Counted from the first letter of the stretch, positions 36,453-44,853 are shown. The stretch is DNA of 64,000 bases from Eubacteriales bacterium (GCA_045128275.1 JBGVRH010000063.1:1739-65738), one strand, 5' to 3'. The notes: a model not told the origin generated them from the sequence alone. Program-made: numbers and translations.

Positions 36453-37916
36453 TTACTCCTCGACTCCGTAGGCCTTCAAAAACTCCGTCAGCTTGCTTTG
36501 CAGATTCCTGTCGTTACATCTGGCCAGAAAACGACCTACAGCCGATTGCTTTTTATCCAATGCTGATTGGAACATAATCGCTGCGGAATGACTGGAGGGA
36601 AAATAATGGATATAACCGAAATCAAAGGTTCGCCCATTGATGATTATGTCGACCATTTCAGCCGACTCCGGATCGGGCGCATTCCGCGATTTGCATAGCG
36701 TCTCAATCAGCTCGTCTCGCACCATGTTATAGGAGGCGTTAGCAAGGCCCTCCAATACTGCCCCCACGAACGCTGTGTCCTGTACCGTCGTAGGAACGCA
36801 AAGCATAGCAGAACCACCGTTGACAAAGCTTTTATACTCATCCGTTGCTTGATATTTGGGCTGCGGAAGGAGTCCGTACTCATCTTCCATGGTTTTGAAA
36901 TCCGGTGAAGCCGCATTGCTTAGGGCGCCTTGCAAAAACAGACTGCGGCCATCTCTGAAGACCTCAAAAGGCACGCGCGATTTGCTGACGTCCGTTTCGT
37001 AGTAAGATTCGTTGGTTACGAACAGCTCATAGACTTTTGTGTAGATGTCCTCGATCCTTTGTGCATCGGCGTCATAATACGGCACGTTGTTTTCATCCTT
37101 TGAAAAAACACTACAACCCGTACCGTAGAAAAATGCATGAGGACTATCCAAATGCCAGCTGGTAAAGCCGTAAAAATCATGGTCCGTATCAATTTTCCCA
37201 TCACCGTTCAGATCGCGCGTTTGATTCTGCGTCATTTCGATCATGTTTTGGATGGTCCATTCTCCATCCTTAGCCAGTTGATACGGGAAAGCCATATTCT
37301 GTTCCGTCATTTTCGTCTTATTGAAAATAATGGCCTGCGTACTCAAAATACTGGAGGGAAGAACGTCTCCTCCAATCATATACAGCGTTTCCCCAATTTG
37401 AAATGCTTTTGTAGCGTCCTCATCCCACCAGGGCTGTTCATTGTCGAAATATTCCAGCTCGTGCAGATTCATGACATAGCCGGCCATAGCCAATCCGGAC
37501 GTTCCAAAAACCATATTCAGACAAACCTGCTGATATTCGTCCAGCCCGGAGGAAACGGTATTCTGTACCTGGGCAATGACGTTTGAGGAACCATTGAGTG
37601 TATTGTACTCGATGGAAACGTTGAAACGGTTTTCAACGTACAAATCTCTTTCCAACAAGGCATCCGGCAGTATTTCTCCCGTCGATGCCGCCGGTGCAGA
37701 ATCTTTGGCATTATGGTTCAAAACCGTGTACGTGTCTTTGTTGAAGTTCAAATCCGGTACTTTGTCTTGAATCCAGGCCTCGGGTTCCGTTTCATGTTCT
37801 CCGATGGAACTGCTTTCTGCATCAGGAGCTTCAGGATCCCCGCCGCCTGCGCAGGATACACAGCTCAACAACGTCGCAGCACATAATGCCAGAACTATCC
37901 ATCTTCTTTTTTTCAT
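36453..37916 (-). CDS. ABC transporter extracellular solute-binding lipoprotein (sugar type)
   Basis: MKKRRWIVLALCAATLLSCVSCAGGG lipobox, ~480-aa SBP-like size and composition. No permease or ATPase genes are adjacent. Confidence 0.7.
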   Translation of the reverse strand: MKKRRWIVLALCAATLLSCVSCAGGGDPEAPDAESSSIGEHETEPEAWIQDKVPDLNFNKDTYTVLNHNAKDSAPAASTGEILPDALLERDLYVENRFNVSIEYNTLNGSSNVIAQVQNTVSSGLDEYQQVCLNMVFGTSGLAMAGYVMNLHELEYFDNEQPWWDEDATKAFQIGETLYMIGGDVLPSSILSTQAIIFNKTKMTEQNMAFPYQLAKDGEWTIQNMIEMTQNQTRDLNGDGKIDTDHDFYGFTSWHLDSPHAFFYGTGCSVFSKDENNVPYYDADAQRIEDIYTKVYELFVTNESYYETDVSKSRVPFEVFRDGRSLFLQGALSNAASPDFKTMEDEYGLLPQPKYQATDEYKSFVNGGSAMLCVPTTVQDTAFVGAVLEGLANASYNMVRDELIETLCKSRNAPDPESAEMVDIIINGRTFDFGYIHYFPSSHSAAIMFQSALDKKQSAVGRFLARCNDRNLQSKLTEFLKAYGVEE

Positions 37917-38179
37917 GTGTCATTCCTTCCTTTTTCATATGTTTCGTGTCGCACTGTACAACACTGTATGCTTGGTCACTCTTGCAGAGAAGCCAATGCG
38001 ATCCATGCCCAAATACAGGAGCACATGATAAGTATACCATATATTTTATGATTATAAAATGCCCTATTTCGCATTTTATATTGCATTTCCCGCAAAGTTG
38101 TGCTATAATAATATGTAGGGCATCTCCGCAGCACGAACGGGCTTGTCAGTGATCTTCTTTTCAGGGAGCACCCATACAC

Positions 38180-38965
38180 ATGAATACGATGGAAAAGCGT
38201 CGATATAAATTCGGACACAACGTGAATATCCCGATCACCAACGAACATCAGTACCATATGCATAACGAATATGAGCTGTTCTATTTTTTGGACGGTTCGG
38301 CACAGTACCAAATTGAAAATACGATCTATCCACTCTCGCGCGGCGATCTGCTTTTTATTCGCCCGCGTGTTTTCCATTGTCTTATCCCATTAAAGCAGAT
38401 CGAACATGACAGATATGTTATGCAATTCAAGGAGCAAAGTATTCCCGATCTGCTACGCCCTTCTATATGCGATCTCCCTGCGGTCTGCAATATATTTAAC
38501 GGGAGCCATGTACATCGCCAATTTGAGTACGTTAGCCGTATGAAGGAGCGAATCACAAGACCTGAATTTGAGCTTTTGCTGGATCATTTGCTCGGTGAGG
38601 TACTGTTAGAACTAAAATACATACCATTGACTCAACATCACCACCCGGTGTGCGGAAATGAAATGCTTACCGACATCCTTCGTTTTATCGAGCAGCATCC
38701 GAATGTTCCTATGGACATATCATCCATTTCGGAACGGTATTTTGTCAGCCGTTCGTGGCTGGAGCATACCTTCCGCAACCAAATGGGGATGTCCGTCACA
38801 CAGTACATTCGAGTAAAAAAGATCCTGTATGCCCAAGCGTTAATTCAAAACGGATTACCGCCTACGCTCGCTGCCCAATATTGTAGCTATGATAATTATT
38901 CGACGTTCTATCGAAACTACAAAAAAATCCTGCTTCATTCTCCCGAACAGGATCTTCCCCAATGA
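38180..38965 (+). CDS. AraC-family transcriptional regulator
   Basis: Cupin-like N-terminal part (HNEYELFYFLDGSAQYQIE) and a C-terminal AraC HTH (ISSISERYFVSRSWLEHTFRNQMGMSVTQYIRVKKI). Confidence 0.85.
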   Translation: MNTMEKRRYKFGHNVNIPITNEHQYHMHNEYELFYFLDGSAQYQIENTIYPLSRGDLLFIRPRVFHCLIPLKQIEHDRYVMQFKEQSIPDLLRPSICDLPAVCNIFNGSHVHRQFEYVSRMKERITRPEFELLLDHLLGEVLLELKYIPLTQHHHPVCGNEMLTDILRFIEQHPNVPMDISSISERYFVSRSWLEHTFRNQMGMSVTQYIRVKKILYAQALIQNGLPPTLAAQYCSYDNYSTFYRNYKKILLHSPEQDLPQ

Positions 38966-39020
38966 TTTTTTCGTATATTCGTAGATCTTCACGTTGTATT
39001 TACAGATCGGATGTAATCCT

Positions 39021-39275
39021 CCCCGATTTTTGCCTTTCGTCCGTGTCCAGTGTAGCATAGCTCTCGCAGCTGTCAACCGCTTAAGTGAAAAATTATCGCT
39101 GAAAAAAGAAATAATCATCGAGAAAGTCAAGTAGCAATACTTGGCTTTTTCTTTATCCCCACGCAATATTTTTTCGTGTACTCACAAAAAACTATACCTC
39201 TCGTTGACATCTGCACATCTCACTCGCAATGATCGTGATTCTCTCCCGACCTATGCTCCCCCGACCCTGCCGAAA
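39021..39275. repeat. ~250-bp structured module, copy 2
   Basis: Colinear with 7363-7615 (see that entry). Its central hairpin is CAAGTAGCAATACTTGG plus a T-run. Confidence 0.7.
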
Positions 39276-39322
39276 TGGCTCGCGAACAGCGAAGCTGTTC
39301 AGAAAATCGGGAGGTATAGAAA

Positions 39323-39793
39323 ATGAAAACCCAAAACCCAGTAAGAATCACCAACGAAAACGTAAGGATCACCAAGAACAACGTTCAGTATATCGGTGAA
39401 TGTATCGCACTGTCTGCTATCAAGAAAATGATGCGATTCGCTCATCATCCGCGTTCTCTGGACAAGCTGTATGTTGGTCTTGTAGAGGACATTTACGGCA
39501 ACCGATGCTACAACACGACCTTCTCGGACGGTTACGATCTGGCATCCGAAGTGATCTGCTTCCTTTGCCACTATATGGGTCACAATCCGGACGACCTGGC
39601 TTGTCAGAATCGTAAAGGTGAGTTACTGACTGTCCGTTTTGCTTGCTACCATCACGCCCTGCGGTACATCGAAAAAGAATATCTTTCCGGCTATAAGACC
39701 ATCAGTGTCGAAGAATGCTCGCCCGCCGATGCCTTTATCGACTTCGAGACCCAGTATGAGATTGAGGATTACACCAAGGATGATGCTCATTAG
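39323..39793 (+). CDS. hypothetical protein (156 aa) downstream of the structured module
   Basis: GGGAGG RBS 8 nt before the ATG. No family recognised by eye. Confidence 0.5.
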   Translation: MKTQNPVRITNENVRITKNNVQYIGECIALSAIKKMMRFAHHPRSLDKLYVGLVEDIYGNRCYNTTFSDGYDLASEVICFLCHYMGHNPDDLACQNRKGELLTVRFACYHHALRYIEKEYLSGYKTISVEECSPADAFIDFETQYEIEDYTKDDAH

Positions 39794-39799
39794 CTATCT

Positions 39800-40080
39800 C
39801 GTGAAGGAAATCGTCATGTATGACGGTAAGATCGAAATCTTTTTCCATAAGCCTACGCGGAACAGTCCCGATGAAAGTCGGGGCTGTTTTGTTTATACAG
39901 GTGAATATGGATCGTATAAAACGAGCCGTACAGACGATTCTAAGGGCATTGGCGGCACTCAAAAGCAACAGGATGCCTCTCATTGTGTAAATGGATAAAA
40001 AAAGAAGAACCTAAGACAAACACAGGCTTTGATATGTGTTCGTTTTAGGTTCTTATTTGGCGGAGATGGAGAGATTTGAA
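39800..40080. repeat. junction module, copy F, ending in the displaced tRNA-Ser 3' end (att site)
   Basis: Same blocks as copies A and B. It ends in TGGCGGAGATGGAGAGATTTGAA (40058-40080), identical to 52328-52350 inside tRNA-Ser. Confidence 0.75.
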
Positions 40081-40195
40081 TTATCAAATCCACATGATTT
40101 CCCGTAAAATAGGGTGAAAGCAAACGCCTGTTTTACCTTGTATATCAGCTCTTTTTCGGATTCTCCGTGAAATGCTGTACAATCAGAGATAAACG

Positions 40196-40238
40196 CATAA
40201 GGGGTATGATAAGGGGTATAGGGGGTATAATACCCCCC
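40196..40238. repeat. arm-type repeats ATAAGGGGTA near the left att site
   Basis: CATAAGGGGTATGATAAGGGGTATAGGGGGTATAATACCCCCC; related to 52221-52249. Confidence 0.55.
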
Positions 40239-40239
40239 A

Positions 40240-40383
40240 TCATTCGTTGCCGCTCCCCTCCGCGTTGCTGGCTTCCAAAAGCCTGCGGGCATAATCTATG
40301 AGTTCTTCAAGATTCTCTGTAGTTAAATCGCCGCGCTCGGCGGCTTCGCGGACGTACTGCATGAGCTTTTCTGCTTCTGTCAT
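40240..40383 (-). CDS. small hypothetical protein (47 aa)
   Basis: MTEAEKLMQYVREAAERGDLTTENLEELIDYARRLLEASNAEGSGNE with an AAGAAAGGG RBS. Below the ORF-track cutoff. Confidence 0.3.
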   Translation of the reverse strand: MTEAEKLMQYVREAAERGDLTTENLEELIDYARRLLEASNAEGSGNE

Positions 40384-40412
40384 GGTTTACCCTTTCTTAT
40401 GTTGCCCCCGTC

Positions 40413-40441
40413 TTGACAAACGGGTGAATTTGTGGTATAAT
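40413..40441 (+). promoter_or_regulatory. consensus sigma-A promoter for the candidate sRNA
   Basis: TTGACA (40413-40418), 17 nt, TATAAT (40436-40441). Confidence 0.55.
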
Positions 40442-40447
40442 AGCGGA

Positions 40448-40520
40448 AACACCCCGTTTTCTGATTGGTACTCATGTGGCGGGGTGTCCCCCCTGTATTC
40501 GCATTACAGGGGGGTTTTTG
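40448..40520 (+). ncRNA. candidate ~73-nt sRNA, convergent with the 91-aa gene and complementary to its translation initiation region
   Basis: Promoter, then hairpin 1 (AACACCCCG...CGGGGTGT) whose loop contains TTGGTACTCATGTG. Hairpin 2 is CCCCCCTGTA-TTCGCA-TTACAGGGGGG plus T5 (terminator). No ORF. Confidence 0.45.
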
Positions 40521-40523
40521 CTT

Positions 40524-40799
40524 TCACGCAATGGTGAAGCGGCGGGACTCGGTGGGCTTGGTGAACAGGGCGGCAATGTCGGGAACCGCCTTTTTCAGAG
40601 CGGCGGTGTCAAGGCGGTTGCTGGTGATCTTCGCCCAGCGGATCTTGATGGTTCCCGCCGTGATCTCCTCGACCCCTTGCGCCTCCATCTCGGCCTTGAT
40701 CTCGGCTTCAATGGCGGCCATCTGCTCGGCCAGCTCCTCGGCCTTGGCTTTCATGTGCTTCAGGGCTCTTGCCTTTGCGTTCATTTCGTTGGTACTCAT
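40524..40799 (-). CDS. coiled-coil phage-like protein (91 aa), function unknown
   Basis: AAGGAGAA RBS, Ala/Glu/Lys-rich helix. A consensus promoter on the minus strand lies at ~40950-40984 (TTGACA-17-TATAAT). Confidence 0.6.
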   Translation of the reverse strand: MSTNEMNAKARALKHMKAKAEELAEQMAAIEAEIKAEMEAQGVEEITAGTIKIRWAKITSNRLDTAALKKAVPDIAALFTKPTESRRFTIA

Positions 40800-41147
40800 G
40801 TGTGATTCTCCTTTGTGTTTTAGATTTGAGGAGGAGCGGCGCGGGGCTTTGCAATGCCTATGTGGGTCTCACTCGCATCCGTTCGCGCTCTTGCCTTGCG
40901 TTCTTGCTTTCCCTCTCGGTACTCCCGTCCGCCTTGGCTCATCCTGTGCTTATATTATACACTATTTCGCGTGTATTGTCAAGAGGTTTTTACACTTCTT
41001 TTCGTGTAAATCTGCACAAACATTTACATTTATTTTTGTGTATTTTTGCTCTTGAAATAGTGTATAAAATGTGGTATAATATGGGTACAATGGGAGAGGG
41101 GATGCCATTAAAAAAGCCCCCGCCCACAGAGAAACGGAGGTATAACC

Positions 41148-41357
41148 ATGCCATTGCAATACAAAATTGATGTTTTGGAGGCTCTAAAGGCTAAAGGATT
41201 CAACACCACGCGACTACGCCGTGAAAAGCTCCTTGCAGAAGGAACGATCCAAAAGCTACGGGAGCAAAAGCCGATCAATTGGGAGAACATCGCGCGTATT
41301 TGCGAAATGCTCAATTGCCAGCCTAACGATTTTTTGGAATACGTGGATAAACCATGA
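41148..41357 (+). CDS. small XRE/Cro-like HTH protein
   Basis: 69 aa. LLAEGTIQKLREQKPINWENIARICEMLNCQPNDFLEY matches the HTH_26-type short regulators. GGAGG RBS. Confidence 0.7.
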   Translation: MPLQYKIDVLEALKAKGFNTTRLRREKLLAEGTIQKLREQKPINWENIARICEMLNCQPNDFLEYVDKP

Positions 41358-41452
41358 CCACCACCAAGAGGGAGCGGGCGAACCGCTCCCCTTTTTGTTT
41401 GGTCTCCCTCTGAAAAAGTTAAAACAAATATAAAAATATTTGCCAAAACCTA

Positions 41453-41481
41453 TTGACAAATAGAATAATATGCGTTATAAT
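41453..41481 (+). promoter_or_regulatory. consensus promoter for hicAB
   Basis: TTGACA, 17 nt, TATAAT, about 20 nt upstream of the hicA RBS. Confidence 0.55.
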
Positions 41482-41503
41482 ATAATCACAGGAGGGAAAC
41501 CTA

Positions 41504-41701
41504 ATGAAAAGTTATTCATCAAGGGAAGTGATCGCCATGTTAAGGGCTGACGGATGGTATTTAGTAGCCACCGAAGGAAGCCACCACCACTTCAAGCATC
41601 CCGACAAAAAGGGAAAGGTAACGGTCAAGCATCCATGCAAGGACATACCGCCAAAGACCTTGAAGAGCATTTCGATCCAGTCGGGGTTACAGTTTCCGTA
41701 A
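41504..41701 (+). CDS. hicA: HicA mRNA-interferase toxin
   Basis: SSREVIAMLRADGWYLVATEGSHHHFKHPDKKGKVTVKHP is the canonical HicA pattern. Confidence 0.9.
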   Translation: MKSYSSREVIAMLRADGWYLVATEGSHHHFKHPDKKGKVTVKHPCKDIPPKTLKSISIQSGLQFP

Positions 41702-41743
41702 TCCCGGCTTCCCCCCTGTACTTCACGAAAGGAGAGCAAGAGC

Positions 41744-42157
41744 ATGAAGAAACCCGATCGTTACGTTTATCCCGCCGTGCTGACCTATGAGGACGGCTAT
41801 GAGATCGCCGTGACCTTCCCCGATCTGCCTGGGTGCGCTACCTCGGGAGAGACCGACACCGAGGCTCTGATGATGGCCAAAGAGGCGTTAGGACTCCATC
41901 TGTGGGGCATGGAGAATGACGGTGACGAACTCCCCGCCCCTTCGCCCATCCGCGATATTGAGCTGGAGGCGGGGGAAATCGTGGCATTGGTGGAGGTATA
42001 TATGCCCTCCGTCCGTCTGTCACAGGAAAACCGCTCCGTAAACCGCACCGTGACCCTTCCCGCATGGCTGAACGCACAGGCCATGGAGCGGGGTGTAAAC
42101 TTCTCACAGGTGCTACAGGACGCGCTTCGGGCGGAGATCAACAGACCCCGCGTATAA
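41744..42157 (+). CDS. hicB: HicB antitoxin
   Basis: YVYPAVLTYEDGYEIAVTFPDLPGCATSGETDTEALMMAKEALGLHL is a HicB N-terminal domain. RHH-like C-terminus (VNRTVTLPAWLN). Confidence 0.9.
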   Translation: MKKPDRYVYPAVLTYEDGYEIAVTFPDLPGCATSGETDTEALMMAKEALGLHLWGMENDGDELPAPSPIRDIELEAGEIVALVEVYMPSVRLSQENRSVNRTVTLPAWLNAQAMERGVNFSQVLQDALRAEINRPRV

Positions 42158-42235
42158 TACCCATAAAAGGGCGGCAGAAAATGCCGTCCTTTTTGCTTTG
42201 AAAACATGGGAAAAAGTCAGCCGTGAGCGGTTGCG

Positions 42236-42748
42236 GTATATAGTCAGAAATTTCAGGTTTTTTCAGGTTTTCTTCGCTTCGTCTTTGCTTCAAAGCGGTT
42301 CACCCTCCGTGCTTCGTCCGCGCTTCGATGGAATTTTTATATAGGCGAAAATGTCAACAAATGTCAACAATCGCGCCTTTTTTATACATGACCGCAAAAC
42401 TCAAAAACGCCCGTTTTTGTCATGGTCTTGATCGGTGCGCGTGAGCGGTTTTCTCTCGGTTCTCTCTCGCTTCAAAGCGGATCGGGGATAGTATTCCATA
42501 TAGGCGGAAATATTAGGTTTTCTTAGGTTTTGCGGATGTTGATGGTTGTCCTATATATGCGGAAACGGAAGGTTTTGTAAGGTTTTCGGCTGTGATCGGC
42601 TGTTCTATATAGGCGAAAATATCAACATTCGTCATCATTCGCGCCGCCGCGTACCGTGGGCGGTTGGTTCCTATATAGGCGAAAACCTCAACATTTCTCA
42701 TCATTTGTCCGCTCTGATTATCTGCGAAAGGTCAAGTTTTGTCAAGTT
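42236..42748. repeat. iteron-like array: 6-7 units of TATATAGGCGAAAA each followed by a unit-specific tandemly doubled word
   Basis: Units start at about 42236, 42337, 42496, 42550, 42604, 42670 and (42722). See the finding for sequences. Confidence 0.7.
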
Positions 42749-42945
42749 CTTTTTCCTCACTAAATCGGTGCGTTTCTCTCGCCTCGTTTTCGGTTTGAAG
42801 CAAATTGAAGAGCCTACCCCAATCACAAACTTCCGCAGTTTTCGGGTTCAACAAGGGATCCGCCGCCGTACTCTCTTGAGCGGTTGCCCTAAAGCTGAAA
42901 AAACATAACCGCCCTCGCAAGGAAGGCGGTCATGCTTATGAAACG

Positions 42946-43956
42946 TTATTCAGTTTGCGTAGATGTATCTGTGGGTTCGGTTTGAAACTCGGTTGCCCAC
43001 TCGGTCTCTGTTTCGGGCTCCTGTGTTTCCTCCGCTATGGCCGTTGTTTCGGTTTCAGACAATTTGTCCGCGACCTTTTCCAACGGGGGAACAGCAAAGA
43101 ACGAAGCGATCATCAAAATAAACAGAATGATATTGAGCCAAACGACATGATAGAAGCGCTTGTAGATGCGTTTGAACCGATGGCATTTGTCGGGACATTC
43201 CTGACAGGACGGGGACTTGCAGGCTGCCGCTATGGTCCTCCCGCACAAGCGCCCGATAAAGTAGATCAGAAGAGACAGGATGTCTACAAAGGCCAAGGCC
43301 ATAGCGAAGAACGCTACCATAACCTTGTAGAGGGGGACACGGTTCGCCAAGAGTGCCGAAACATTTCCGAGTATCTCCATGGTACCGAAGCAAGCCACAA
43401 CGATGGCGACGAAGATTCCGAGGACGGCGATAATTTGGGAAAAGATGCTGGATTCAAATGCCTCGAGCTTCTTCTGAGTACCCATGTATTTTTTCTTTAA
43501 TTGCTGATAATGTTTGTCTGAAGCTTTTATATTTTCCTCAAATTTCTTAAACTCTTCAGTTTTTTCAGCAAACTCACCGCGTACCCGATCAACATCTGCG
43601 TTCAGGGAAAAGAAGCTATTCATTTGAAGATACTGAAGATCTACATGGTCCTTCAGTTTTCTCAACTTTTCCATGAAAGCAGCATTATCTCGGTACGGAA
43701 CGTTAGAATCACAATAACAGATGATTCGATCCAGTGTTATTGAAACCACAATTACAGGATCATCTTTCCCAGATGACTGTGACTCTTTTACCAAGTCATA
43801 AAGTGTGGATGAAATATTCGCGTATGAGTGTCGAAAGGAATCAATATCATACACGCACTCATAAAGAATTTTGGCAAAATCGGGAATATCATCGTCGCTC
43901 TTTACTTCTGCAATCAAAGTCAGAAGATCGGATAGTTCTACGTCTCTATTCTTCAT
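42946..43956 (-). CDS. uncharacterised protein: soluble N-domain, coiled coil, 3 TM helices with a Cys-rich loop (putative Panacea-associated toxin)
   Basis: Starts 3 nt after the stop of the DUF4065 gene. TM helices IFSQIIAVLGIFVAIVVACFG, VMVAFFAMALAFVDILSLLIYFIG and VVWLNIILFILMIASFFAV. Loop CKSPSCQECPDKCH. Acidic T/E-rich tail. AT-rich. Confidence 0.7.
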   Translation of the reverse strand: MKNRDVELSDLLTLIAEVKSDDDIPDFAKILYECVYDIDSFRHSYANISSTLYDLVKESQSSGKDDPVIVVSITLDRIICYCDSNVPYRDNAAFMEKLRKLKDHVDLQYLQMNSFFSLNADVDRVRGEFAEKTEEFKKFEENIKASDKHYQQLKKKYMGTQKKLEAFESSIFSQIIAVLGIFVAIVVACFGTMEILGNVSALLANRVPLYKVMVAFFAMALAFVDILSLLIYFIGRLCGRTIAAACKSPSCQECPDKCHRFKRIYKRFYHVVWLNIILFILMIASFFAVPPLEKVADKLSETETTAIAEETQEPETETEWATEFQTEPTDTSTQTE

Positions 43957-43959
43957 AGC

Positions 43960-44394
43960 TTATTTGCAAAAATAATCGCGCATATTGCGTACCGTTATCG
44001 TCTGCTGCTTATTATCAAAAGCCACTCTCCAAGGCGTACCAGCCCTGTGCGTTTCCTGAACCAGATCCCACGCGGACTGATCTCCATACCGGCAGATAAT
44101 CTTGTCAATCACACTTTTGATTTCACCGATAATCGCAGGGGTAGGATACTGCTTGCATATGGGCGACGCACCATAATGGCGGTATCTCTCGTACACGATA
44201 CGAACTACGGGACCATAGTTCCAAACTTCAATCGTGTCCTGAAAAGCGATCTCACCATGTTCCTTTAATGCTTCTCCTTGGACGAAATACAGCATCTTCT
44301 GCAATTTCAAGTTTGAAACAGGTGTTCCGTTTTCATAAGAAACCGTAATAATATACTCCGCAATTTTCATAGCAGTAGAAGTATTAAAACGCAT
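43960..44394 (-). CDS. Panacea/DUF4065-domain protein (SocA/PanA-like antitoxin)
   Basis: SNLKLQKMLYFVQGEALKEHGEIAFQDTIEVWNYGPVVRIVYERYRHYG matches the DUF4065 core (L.KLLY.aqg......g.plf.d.ieAw..GPVv..vY). GGGAGG RBS. Confidence 0.8.
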   Translation of the reverse strand: MRFNTSTAMKIAEYIITVSYENGTPVSNLKLQKMLYFVQGEALKEHGEIAFQDTIEVWNYGPVVRIVYERYRHYGASPICKQYPTPAIIGEIKSVIDKIICRYGDQSAWDLVQETHRAGTPWRVAFDNKQQTITVRNMRDYFCK

Positions 44395-44702
44395 GAATCA
44401 CTCACCTCCCATTTCGTTAAAAAATAACACAAAATCATACAATTCGACACAGTACGGTAAAATCAATACCAACGAGTGTAATATAAAACCATACCATACT
44501 ATTATCATTTTGTCAAGTACATTATAACATAATTTTGTAAACATTTCTTGTCAACGCAATGAACAAATGCAATATTTTGTCATATCTTGGCAGATTTTTG
44601 ACACATTTGTGTCATTTTAGCCGTACGGAACAAAATGGGTCCCCACGGTACCGCGAGCCGTGCTATAATACAGTATAAGCAAAAAACAGAAAGGAGGTGC
44701 CC

Positions 44703-44853
44703 CATGTCCCATACCCCATCCCCTCGTCCCCTCTTCGGCAGAGAGAAGATCACCTCGTCGGTATCCCGCGTGGACACCTCTAACGTGGTCTGCGTGCCGG
44801 AGTTTGCCCCAAAGGCCAACGCAAAGGAAACGCAACGCCGAGAATGCCCCTAA
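44703..44853 (+). CDS. small hypothetical protein (50 aa)
   Basis: Strong AAAGGAGG RBS 6 nt before the ATG (MSHTPSPRPLFGREKITSS...). No family recognised. Confidence 0.3.

Noticed and set aside
39794-39998. ORFs reading ...KEIVMYDGKIEIFFHKPTRNSPDESRGC... (39639-39998) and the similar FFHNPTWNGPDENRGC (18848-19273) as a conserved small protein or recombinase C-terminal remnant.
   Set aside because: The similarity is at the DNA level and includes an obvious hairpin plus T-run. The frames are not preserved between the three copies beyond ~20 codons, and there is no credible start or RBS. A recombinase remnant cannot be excluded but cannot be supported from the sequence alone.
42236-42748. Possible CRISPR array, because of regularly recurring TATATAGGCGAAAA units.
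   Set aside because: The conserved unit is only ~14-15 nt. Spacing is irregular (52-159 bp). The 'spacers' contain internal tandem duplications and shared motifs. There are no cas genes or leader. It fits better as iterons or operator-like repeats.
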